DNA of 64,000 bases from the human T2T-CHM13v2.0 reference genome, Homo sapiens. The stretch lies in NCBI RefSeq assembly GCF_009914755.1, contig NC_060934.1. One strand, written 5' to 3'. This document shows positions 1 through 10,604 of the stretch, in pieces. The notes under the pieces were generated by a model, which was given only the letters and a program-made list of their open reading frames with translations, was not told where the DNA came from and made no database searches. The position numbers and the translations under genes were made by a program. Each line of letters starts with the position of its first letter. Position 1 is the stretch's first letter.

Positions 1-278
<278 letters not shown>

Positions 279-344
279 TTAGCTGGTATTACAGATGCAC
301 AGTCCTGGCCCACAATGGGAATTTGATAGTCATTTATTACTCTT

Positions 345-690
345 TACCATAGATTGCATTATTGGTCTCAATTTTTTCTTCTTCCCATGTTCACATTCTT
401 TGCCACTTTGGAGGGCCTTCAGCTACAGGAGTGACGTATTTCTCCACCCTTCGGTTTGAGTTGGGTGGCTCACTTTGGCCAGCAGAATGAGGCAGAAGTG
501 GGCTTAAAGCTGGCACGTGCCAGGCCCTAAGACATGTCCTGTGTACTCATTTGTCCTCTTGCACACTTGCTTGGCCAGGAGGAGGGGGAGACAGGTGGAG
601 CAGGGCCACCTGGCTGAGCCCACCCAGAGCAGCCAATACCCGCTGGATCCCAGCCAATTCCTAAAGACACCAGAGACATAATAAAGGGTT
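345..690 (+). mobile_element. Degenerate MLT1-type (ERVL-MaLR) LTR
   Basis: MLT1-like motifs (CTTTGGCCAGCAGAATGAGGCAGAAGTG; AATAAA near the end). Highly diverged. Confidence 0.5.
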
Positions 691-693
691 GAT

Positions 694-791
694 TTTTCTT
701 TTCTTTTTTTTTTTTCAAGACAGAGTCTCACTCTGTTGCTCAGGCTGGAGCGCAGTGGTGTGATCTCTACTCACTGCAACCTCTGCCTCCC
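694..791 (-). mobile_element. 5'-truncated Alu (3' ~75 nt plus tail)
   Basis: Poly(T), then AGACAGAGTCTCACTCTGTTGCTCAGGCTGGAG...GCAACCTCTGCCTCCC, ending abruptly. Confidence 0.9.
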
Positions 792-850
792 AGAGGTTGG
801 CTACCACCAGCAGCAGATAGGCCAATGTAATGATGGAAACTCAGAGGGGA

Positions 851-1146
851 GGCTGGGCGCAGTGGCTCACACCTGTCATCCCAGCACTAGGCAGGCGGAT
901 GACTCAAGCCCAGGGTCATCTAGACCAGCTTGGGCAACATGGCAAAACCCTGTCTCCACAAAAAATACAAAAATTAGCTGGGTGTGGTGGTGCACACCTG
1001 TAGTCCCAGCTACTTGGAAGGCTGAGGTGGGAGGATTGCTTGAGCCTGGGGAGGTTGAGGCTACGGTGAGTTGTGATCACACCACTGCACTCCAGCCTGT
1101 GCAACAGAGTGAGACCCTCTCTCAAAAACCAACAAACAAACAAAAA
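851..1146 (+). mobile_element. AluJ
   Basis: Full dimer with J diagnostics (GGAGGATTGCTTGAGCCT; GAGACCCT) and a degenerate TSD GAAACTC(A/G)GA. Confidence 0.92.
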
Positions 1147-1819
1147 GAAACTCGGAAGGGAGCTGTTCCTGAATCAAGACACAATGGCTGAAACATCAGA
1201 AAATAACACACCAGGTTATTTTCTGACAAAATGTGTTTATGACAACCACAGCTGTTTTGTTTTAGTTATCCACTGCCCCACACTCCCCCACCTCCTGATG
1301 AAGAGGCCTTCCTCCTTGCCTCTTTTCAGTTACTAATTTCTTCCTTGCTTCCTTCCTCTCCCTGAGCAAGCCCTTCCTGTAATCTGATCCTTACGGTTTC
1401 CTTGCCAGATTTCATCCTTCCTGATGACTGGGACACATCACCCGTGCTTTGTCTAAAACAGGTATTCTCAAACCACAACCTGAGGGATCTTCCTGGCTGG
1501 CCCAAAATCTGTGCATACAAAACCCAGGCAGTTTTTTAAGCTTATTTTTAAAGCACACTTGACTCTCTGTTAAGTTCGTCATCAACATTGGTTTTGGTTA
1601 ATCACAACTACCTTACATGCATACAACGTACATTCAATGCTATTGTTTTAGTCCATAAGCCATATCCATAATAAACAGGCATTTCCCCAAGATCAGATCT
1701 CTACAATATGCAGCCAGCGCCTCCCCTGCGTCCTGAGCTCACTGATTCTCAACTTGGTAGAAAGATGGGATGTAGGAAAAATGGTTTCCAAGCAGTCGAA
1801 AATAAGACATTATGCCAGG

Positions 1820-2020
1820 CTTGGGAGTTGGGCAGACCTGCATTTCAACCCGAATCAAGTCTGTAACTGCTCTATGATCTCAGGCAACGAATTTAACCAT
1901 TCTGTGACTAGGTTTCCTCATCTGTAAAATGGGAATAAAATGATCTCAGTCTCCTACTGTGGATGTGAGGAAGAAATGAGGTCACATACACAAAATGCTT
2001 AACCCAGAGTCTAGTACCCC
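1820..2020 (+). mobile_element. MIR
   Basis: MIR core GTTTCCTCATCTGTAAAATGGGAATAA. Confidence 0.8.
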
Positions 2021-2027
2021 GCACACC

Positions 2028-2594
2028 GTGGAAGGATGAGCCATCCCAAAACATGCCAAATTGATATGTTGATTATTTTGAGTCGAAAACATTGGAGAAA
2101 TTATAGTTTCAGAAAGGGCCAGCTGACCTGTCTCTTCCTGCATACTCCAAGCCATAGACTCCTCTGGGAGGAGTACCCTTCCCCTGCCAGGCCAAGAAAA
2201 TGGCCCTCCTCAGCACAGCCTGGGAACTTGGGGCTGCAATGACCCAGGATAAATACACTTCACAAAGTAACCCTTCTCTTCCACTGCCGTTACACATCCC
2301 ATAGATCTCCCAGAGACTCCCCTAGAAATGTATATTACTCCACCAGGTCCCTTCTGTTCTGTCTCTTCTGAAATGGATTGTTCTTTGTCTAAAAGGTCTA
2401 AAAACATCTTGCTTTGGCCACTCCTTCAAACTTCACTCTCTCGTGAAGATTCCTAGGTCCAGGTAAAACTAACAAAGTGTGTTTGCTTCCCTTTTGTTTG
2501 TCTGCCTGGTGTCAAGTTGGCTTCTAGATGCAGTTCAGGAGCCCACGTAAGAGCTCACAAGGAGGGGGTTGGAGGTGATCTCTGGCTCCCCTGC
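2028..2594 (+). mobile_element. Solo ERVL-class LTR (MER54/MER73/MER74/MER89-like)
   Basis: Characteristic start CCATCCCAAAACATGCC...GATTATTTTGAG and end CTCTGGCTCCCCT. Subfamily uncertain. Confidence 0.6.
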
Positions 2595-3951
2595 CTCTCG
2601 GTAAATGACCCGGATTCCTTGCATTATTACTGGAGAGACCCTTGGGTCCTCACTGCAGGGTTACTTGCTTTCAGTGTGCATATATTATAATTCCAGACAC
2701 CGGTGTCCAATTTTCCTGTCTGCCACTTATCTGAGGGGATGCCCTGGAAAAGGCAGGTGGCCACACAGATGCAGGAAGTAACACCCAAGTTCTACAGTAG
2801 AACAAGGTACTAAAAAGCTGAGCTGGCCAGGATCATTCGGGCACCCCTGTCACCAGGGCCCGTAGCTCTGGCGAGCCTGGCGCAGCTGTGGGGAAAATTC
2901 TGGAAAAGCTCACCCCCCTCCAAATGACCATGCTCATCCAGAACTTGTTTCAGTGCTCAACAGCAAGGGCCAACTTTCCAGAAACGCACCCATCCCCAAA
3001 GATCCAGGGTAAACCAGCCACTGCTGTACAGATGGGAAATGCAAGACAGTGAAGCTCCTGGGATCCCTGAGGATTCTACTGCAGTCATTCACAGTAAGAA
3101 ACACCCGGAACCTCTCAACAATGATGGTGGGTACACTCAGACCCAGGGCAAAACCCAGGTGGGCTCCAGCAAATCATCAGCTTGCCAGTACAAACCTGCG
3201 GGTACCTGCATCCAGCCTGCCTTTTATAGAGGAGAAACCAAGGCCAGTGTGGTCTGTACTTCCCCAAGGACATGCAGCCCATTATAGAAAGATGGGTCAA
3301 GAGGCCTCAGGAGCCTGACACTCAGTCTTCCACCATCCCTCAAGAGGGAGCCCATCCTAACCTCTACCCCACCACCCAGGCCTGGCCTCAGACAGTCCAG
3401 CGGCTTCTCCAGGCCCTTGGTGCCCTTCCCCCTTCCAATCTTTTGAGGAATCCCTTCCGAGAATACAGATTTGCAGTCTCACCCAGAGACACAGGACAGG
3501 AAGGTGAGGGAAGCATCCCAGGAGGCAGCTGATGGGATGAAACTCCCCTACCTCCTTCAATCTCCTTTGAATGCCCTGTCGGCCTGGGGCATTGAGTCTT
3601 AACCTGTCTCAATTCAGACTCTATTCATCACTCAGGCTTGTCTCCTGCAGCCAGGAAAGTGTGCTAGGAGACAGGTACAGCTCCAGGACAGAGACAAGGG
3701 ATGGGGGAACGGAGATGTGTAGAGGCTGGCCTGGTGCCAAGTGTGGGGACAGGGGAAGGAAGGACAGAAAGAAAGGCGGGCAGGGGCAGGGGAGGAAGGA
3801 GAGGCGGGGCTGTCCCTTGTCAGTTACCTTTGCAGCTGAGACAATGGACAGGAATGGAACTGGCCCCATGCACAGGAGGCAGGCCCCGGTGCGCAGCCCC
3901 CAACTCCTATTTTGTCCCCGCACATCAAAGAAGCCTGGGCTGTGTGCAGTT

Positions 3952-4218
3952 GGACACGCTGCGGCCCAGGCCCGTACGACCGGACACTCCGCGGCCCAGG
4001 CCCGTACAACCGGACACTCCACGGCCCAGGCCTATACGACCGGACACACTTTGACCCAGCCCTGCCTGTACGACCGGACACGCTGCGGCCCAGGCCTGTA
4101 CGACCGGACACATTGCAGCCTGGGCCCGTACGACCGGACACTCTGAGGCCCAGGCCTGTACGACCGGACACACTTTGACCCAGGCCTGCCTGTATGACCG
4201 GACACGCTGCGGCCCAGG
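3952..4218. repeat. CpG-rich minisatellite, 30-bp unit GGACACGCTGCGGCCCAGGCCTGTACGACC, ~8.6 units
   Basis: Units start at 3952, 3982, 4012, 4042 (34 bp), 4076, 4106, 4136, 4166 (34 bp) and 4200 (partial). Confidence 0.97.
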
Positions 4219-4619
4219 TGGTGGCTTCCATGATAATTTGCATTTTAAAACTTCAGAGCAGCAAAGGAGGGACCTTCCCAGCAAGGCAGGGAGCTACTTG
4301 GTGTCCTGATCACTAACCTGGCTGGTCACCCTGAGCATCACTTCATCTCTCAGGGCCTCTGTTTCTCCGTATATAAGATATGGATTTGGGACTACCCCTT
4401 TTGGCCATAACACTCATGGGTGTATGATCTGAAGTTAATTTCTCCTTAATACAAACTCATTATCTTCATCTGTTATGTCTTTCAGGGCTGCTCAGAGGCC
4501 AGTGATTTTGCAGTGAGCGTTGACTAGCCGGCGCAGCGCTTGCTTTATTAGCCAGATAATTAATCCAAAAGAGACACAGGGTTTTCTCCAGATTAGTGGC
4601 CCACGCACTTTTGCACCTC

Positions 4620-4780
4620 TTTATTTAAACACCTACTATGTGCAGGGCTTGCATTTGCTGGGGCTCCAAAGACAAAGACCGCAGCGTGTCCAGTCGTACA
4701 GGCCTGGGCTGCAGCGTGTCCGTTCGTACAGACAAATAAATGAACAGCCTGGGTCCTCTGGGAACATCCCATCTAACGCC
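4620..4780 (-). mobile_element. L2 3' fragment interrupted by the inverted minisatellite copy
   Basis: TATTTAAACACCTACTATGTGCAGGG...TGAACAG...GGTCC resembles the antisense L2 3' end. Confidence 0.6.
4679..4731 (-). repeat. Inverted 53-bp copy (~1.8 units) of the 3952-4218 minisatellite
   Basis: Reverse complement is CTGTACGAACGGACACGCTGCAGCCCAGGCCTGTACGACTGGACACGCTGCGG, with 3 mismatches to a consensus dimer. Confidence 0.95.
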
Positions 4781-6049
4781 AGAACAAAGACTCCAGAGGC
4801 TCCAGAAAAATGCCCACATTCGGGACTGTATATCCCATTTCAAGGACAGCCGTGAAGCCCACCCAGCCCCAGAGAATCTGCAGAAGAACTAGCTCTGCTC
4901 CAGGAAGCCAAACAAGCGTGGTAACAACAGCAGTGATTCAGTGAACCAGGGCCTCTGGCCGTGGCAGGCAGGAGGGAGAATGGGGTCTTTTTCCTATTCT
5001 GTGATAGCTTGCTCTCTAATAGGGTAATCAGCTCCAGCTCCCTTGTGCAACCACCCGAGATATGGGCCAAACACAGCAGATGTCCCAGTCTCTCTGAAAT
5101 GCACAAAATAATCAGGTTTTCTCAGCGAAGGGGCAGGGTGGACCAGAGACTTCAAATATGTTCATGCTGCAGTTCTCCCCCCAATGATTTCAATGTGCAC
5201 AAAAGACTCTAAAGGTCTTTGTGACACAATCAATAATTTTTTCTGAAACCAAGTGGAGAGAAAAACTATTTCAGAGTGCTCATTTTATTATTTCCAGTAG
5301 TAAATCACACCAGTGTAGGGACTAGATTTTCTCATGCTTGTATATCTACTGACTCCGGTTTTCCAATAAGGCAGAGGCCACTCAAGAGGAGCTTACAGGG
5401 TGTGCCGAGAAGCGCGTCTACCAAAATGGCTCTAGGGAACAAAGCGAGGACAGTCATATAGCTGCAAAGCATTTCAGCAGCACACGGAGTCAGTTTAGGG
5501 TTGGCGGCAAAAGAAGAAGGAAATGCCTGATAGTCCAGTGTCTGCCACTTGCAGAGGATCATGCTAGGTCCCTTCTTGAAGGCACTCTCTGAGGTCAGCA
5601 CTGAGATTCCCCGAGTCATGTATGGGAAACTGAGGCACAGCAGGGTTAAACACATAACCCTGAGTCACAGGACTCACCAGTGGTGGGGCCAAAATCCAAC
5701 CGCTGGTCTGTGTGGCTGCAAAGCCTGTGACCTTTCTCCTGCAGCAGGCGAACGAAGCTGTTATTGGCAGCTGTAGGGGAACCTGCTCAGAACTCAAGGC
5801 TCACAGTGGAGCACGGTCAGCCATCACTCAGCCCACCGGCCACCCGTCTCCCTTGTAAGGAGGCGAGGCTGGACTACAAGATTCATAAAAGGCCAGGGTC
5901 AGTAGTGCTCAATCCTGAATAGCACAGAGTAAGTGCTCAATAAATACTTTTAAATTAAAGAGTCAGGGAACAAGCTCCAGAAAGCATGGCAAATATCCAG
6001 CAAATATCCAGAACAGAGTTCTTATTGCTGAGTCACAACAACAGTGACA

Positions 6050-6195
6050 CCAGCTAACATGTGTTGAGGGCTTCCTTGTGTCCAGACACCAGGCTGGGGT
6101 TGATATGGATTATTCTATTTAAATGTCATAATCTAAGAGGACAGTACAATTACTACTTACATTTTACAGGTGGGGAAACTGTGGCCCAGAGAATG
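6050..6195 (-). mobile_element. MIR
   Basis: CATTTTACAGGTGGGGAAACTGTGGCCCAGAGA core. Confidence 0.75.
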
Positions 6196-6939
6196 TAATG
6201 CTATACACTTCCTCCCCCAAATGACTTACAGAATACAGGACAGCGAGCTGGCCTAGGGATGAACTGGAGACTCAAGGCCTAGGCTGAACACCGGCCACAC
6301 GGTTTAACCAGCCACATGACAGTAGGCAAACCCCTTCACCATTTAGACCCTCATTCTCTTCATCTCAAAGTCAATGTGGAAGGCTCAGCATTGTTCCATG
6401 GGTGCAGTGATCTCAGGAGCCCAGGATGTTTAATACATGTTATAATTATTCTTTTTGCACGTTTTTGGGGCTCAAACACCTGCAACATCAAACCTCAATT
6501 ACCAGGAAAAAGTGACCCATTTTCAGAATAGGGGTCATTCTGGCTGTGGTGTATTTAGACTACAAAGATGAGTGGTACATTCTAGTTGCTGTCCAACAAT
6601 TTTTCCTTGACACAGATAGAGAAATGAATGAAAAGCAGCAGCCCAGAGTATAATGCACAGAGACTACAGATTAAGGACAGAAGGAGCAGGGTGACTCTGT
6701 CCACTCTCAGGTCCCCAGAGTCCCCTTGCCCACTTTGACCTGACTTCACGAAGAGTGAAAAGGCTGCAGGACAGTGGAAGATGCCCGGCCCAGATGTCCT
6801 TCAGGACGGGCAGAGGAGAAAGGTCTCGCATGGACACATAGCTCACACGTTCAAAACCAACTGCAAATCATGATTCTGCAGATGCACGATGCACCCTAGA
6901 ATGAATCCATTACAGGCGGCGCGACTGAAAGGGGAGCAG

Positions 6940-6964
6940 CTGCACACTCCCCACCAGATGGCCT
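6940..6964 (+). promoter_or_regulatory. Candidate CTCF site
   Basis: CTGCACACTCC-CCACCAGATGGCC matches the CCACCAGATGGC core, with an upstream TGCA element. Confidence 0.5.
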
Positions 6965-7285
6965 TGCTGATCCGGGTAGTTCTAAACATTGTTTTATTTC
7001 CAAAGATGAGCAAAATAAGAATCTGGTTAACCCTTCAATGAGAAGAACGGCCTGAAAACCCTTCATTGGAATTTATTTCTTTCTGATGGAAAGACCAAGC
7101 AACCCAAATAAATGGCGAGGTCCTCTGGAGGGTTTTAGAGCCAGGCGAGTGGAGTTTCTCCAGGGGGTCACCTGAAGTCAGCTGACATTCATTTTCTGCC
7201 CCCAGACAGACCCAGCCCTTACTAAGCCTGCCAAGAGGTGAGGAGAACAGCTCCAGTACCAACCCAGCTTGGCTGTAGGGACCTC

Positions 7286-7870
7286 AGGAGTGTGCAGAGG
7301 TGTGCCAGCCCCCATGCAGTGTATGCACAGGTGTGCCAGCCCCCATTCAGTGTGTGCACAGGTGTGCCAGCACCCATGCAGTGTGTGCACAGGTGTTCCA
7401 ACCCTCCCCCGTGTGTGCTGGTCTTCCCCAGGAGTGTTTGATGTGCCAGCCCCGCCCCCAGGAGTGTGCAGAAGTGTACCTCCCCCAGGAGTGAGTGTGC
7501 AGAGGTGTGTCTGCCCCCCCAGAAACGTGTTGTGCCAGGATCCTCCAGGAATGTGCAAAGGTGTGTCCCCCCCGAATGTGCGAAGGTGTGCCAGGCCCCC
7601 CAGGGGTGTGTGGAGGTGTGCCAGCCCCACCAGGGGTGTGTGGAGGTGTGCCAGCCCCACCAGGGGTGTGTGGAGGTGTGCCAGCCCCCCAGGGGTGTGT
7701 GGAGGTGTGCCAGGCCCCCAGGGATGTGTGGAGTTGTGCCAGACCCCCAGGGGTATGTGGAGGTGTGCCAACCCCACCAGGAGTGTGCAAAGGTGTGCTT
7801 CCCCCAGGGGCATGTGGGCATGTGGAGGTGTGCCAGCCCCTCTACCTCCAGTGTGCAGAGGTTAGCCAGG
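7286..7870. repeat. Degenerate GT/C-rich minisatellite, ~29-31-bp unit (CAGGGGTGTGTGGAGGTGTGCCAGCCCCAC), ~19 units
   Basis: Identical units at 7601-7630 and 7631-7660, with progressively diverged units on both sides. Confidence 0.95.
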
Positions 7871-8129
7871 AGCTGTATGAAGCTGTAAGACAAACTGAAG
7901 CTTCCATGTTTAAAATATTCAAAATTTCAAACATTGAAAACATTGTTTTCAAATGAAGTTATATCCACGTATATACTAACTGACACAAAATTTGCAGAGA
8001 TCCAGCTTGCCTTGCTGGCTGCAAGCTGTCGGGGCCAGCCTGGGAAACCCCAGGGAGCTCTCACTGTCTTTCACCTTTGAGTACGAAGAGGAAAGTTTGA
8101 GAAGCACTGGTGTAGGGAGAAAGGGAAAG

Positions 8130-8335
8130 GAACCAGGATGAGCTGCCATTTTATGGCAGGCATCAAGCTGGGAACCTGCTTCCTCTCATCTCTTTCTGAC
8201 TTTTAGACAACGCTAAAGGTAGGTGTAATCGCCCCATTGTGCAGATAAGAAAACGGTGGCTCTGGGTGGGGTGACGTGGCTTGCCCTAAATCACACTGTA
8301 AGTAAATGGCAGAACTGGATTTAAACACAAGCTGA
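8130..8335 (-). mobile_element. MIR
   Basis: CCCCATTGTGCAGATAAGAAAAC...GCTTGCCCTAAATCACAC...GGCAGAACTGGATTTAAAC. Confidence 0.75.
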
Positions 8336-8393
8336 AGCCCAAACTGCCTCTCACTTCATGGAGGATGGGACATGCACATTCACATTCACTCCC

Positions 8394-8744
8394 TGATATG
8401 GTTTGACTGTGTGCCCACCTAAATCTCAACTTGAATTGTAGCTCCCAGAATTCCCACGTGTTGTGGGAGGGACCCAGGAGGAGGTAATTGACTCATGGGG
8501 GCCGGTTTTTCCCGTGCTATTCTCGTGATAGTAAATAAGCACGAGATCTGATGGGTTTATCGGGGGTTTCCGCTTTTGCTTCTGTCTCATTTTCTCTTGC
8601 CGCAGCCATGTAAGAAGTGCCTTTTGCCTCCCACCATGATTCTGGGGCCTCCCCAGCCAGGTGGAACTGTAAGTCTAATTAAACCCCTTATTCTTCCCAG
8701 TCTTGGGCACGTCTTTATCAGCAGCGTGAAAACGGACTAATACA
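8394..8744 (+). mobile_element. THE1A solo LTR (ERVL-MaLR)
   Basis: TGATATGGTTTG...GGACTAATACA, 351 bp, with THE1A-type internal sequence (GGGTTTCCGCTTTTGCTTC). Perfect 5-bp TSD CTCCC at 8389-8393 and 8745-8749. Confidence 0.93.
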
Positions 8745-9619
8745 CTCCCCACACAGTTTCCCATTGTTGATTGTGGGTAGCATTTGGGGGGCTATGCTTT
8801 CTGTTTACACATTCCATCTTGCTTCCAATTTTACTTACATAGAGCAAGCATCACTTTTGTAACTACAAAGATAATAAAGAAAAAATAATAAATGTTGCAC
8901 AAAAAATGGTGTGGCAAATAGAAAACGGACTGGGCCTAGGCCTCCAGGACGTGAGTTCACGTCCAGTAAGACACGTCTCTGAGCCTCAGTTTCTTTATCT
9001 GTTGAAAATGCATGCACTCCTTGCCTCCCTCGTCAGATCAGGTGAAATAGGGAATTGAAATGAGGCCATAGGACCACATAAGGCAAGGCAGAGGTGGGCT
9101 AAAGACTGCGCAAAGCACCAGTGGGAAGCTCTGTCCAAGCTGCACTGTGTCCCCTCCTTTCTCAAGTTATCTTTGAATTAATAACATCTTTCCTCCAGAC
9201 ATACTATAAATCATTTAAAAAAAAAAAAAAACCCTTCTATTACCATTCAACTCCAAATGACAGGCCTGGGAGTGCAGCCGGGAAGGACATTTTCCCTTGT
9301 CTTCTCTGCCACTGCAATGGAAAACCCCAAGCAGACCACAGAATTCCCTGGAGTGGGCATGCATCTTTACACACACGCACAGACCAAAGGAACTCCAGCT
9401 CCAAGAGCAAAAGGGACAATGTGACCCCAGAGGATGCTGTTTTATGAATGTTCACCAATGCCCAAAGAGCGTTTGACAGAGGCAGCCTAGGATCTCATCC
9501 CATACAGCTGCTGGGCACATAGGAACGGGCACATACCCTTGTGGAAAGAGAAACATGGCGGGGAGGAAAGATGAAAAGCCAAAACCCAGAGGCAGGTGAA
9601 CATCCACACGTGCCATCTG

Positions 9620-9815
9620 GTTTGTATCAACCCCTTACCGGCTGTGTGCCCTCGGGCAAACTGCTTTGCACTTCGGTGCCTCCCTTCGCTGATCTGTAGC
9701 AGGGAGATTAACGGCAGTACCGACCCCATGGACAGGCGTGGAGATTAGACGGGAAAATCCCCACAAAAATATGCCCATAGTGCCTGCCAACTCCAACTGC
9801 TCAACAAACGGCAAC
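9620..9815 (+). mobile_element. MIR
   Basis: GGCTGTGTGCCCTCGGGCAA...ATCTGTA...TAGTGCCTG...TGCTCAACAAACG. Diverged. Confidence 0.6.
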
Positions 9816-10304
9816 CACCACCACCAGCAGCCTCATTTCTTTTTCTTTCCTCCCTCCCGTTTCTGCAAACAGGATCTCAGCTCAACAGTAAGGACTTTGG
9901 CCTGGTGTATAAAGACCCAGCCGAGCCGGAATCAGTGGCCGAATACTTTTAAAAAGGATGAAGGGAGCCCGAGGCTCTGACAGTGAAGTGGCTGGCCCTA
10001 AATCACACTGCAAGTAAGAGGCAGGGCTGGACTTAAACGCAAGCTGAAGACCTCTCACCTCATGGAGGATGGGGACATGTACTTTCACATTCACTCATCA
10101 AGCAGTTTCCCATTTTCAAGAGTTGGGGGGCTTGGCTAAAGCTGCATGCAGACCAGCAATGTCTGAATAAAACTGCTTTGGAGAGGCTGGGAGAGAGCCC
10201 TTCTCCACCCTGACGTGGCCATGAAAACGCTGGTCCCACCAACACACCAGGAGGCAAAGAGAGAGAGATCCAGACAAGAAACTAATTAAAAAATGGTCAT
10301 TTCA

Positions 10305-10604
<300 letters not shown>

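Noticed and set aside
736-1191. Alu-derived ORFs here and at 10343, 14813, 17555, 23763, 40601, 43069 and 60831
   Set aside because: They are standard translations of Alu consensus sequence, not genes.
3952-4218. CRISPR-like appearance of the 30-bp repeats and associated ORFs
   Set aside because: The units are tandem without unique spacers, the context is a primate intron and there are no cas genes.
7178-7956. Cys/Pro/Gly-rich repeat ORFs resembling KRTAP/LCE/SPRR proteins
   Set aside because: All six frames are open because of the minisatellite. There is no promoter, Kozak or poly(A) context, and frames shift between units.
8648-8661. PRDM9 hotspot motif in THE1A (also THE1D ~48224-48236)
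   Set aside because: Both read CCTCCCCAGCCA(G/T), not the hotspot-associated CCTCCCTAGCCAC allele.
8947-8964. Small palindrome GGACGTGA-GT-TCACGTCC and short tandem repeats (5989-6011, 18267-18289, 19809-19844, 46887-46911, 60476-60501)
   Set aside because: These are within chance or ordinary slippage expectation for 64 kb, with no supporting context.
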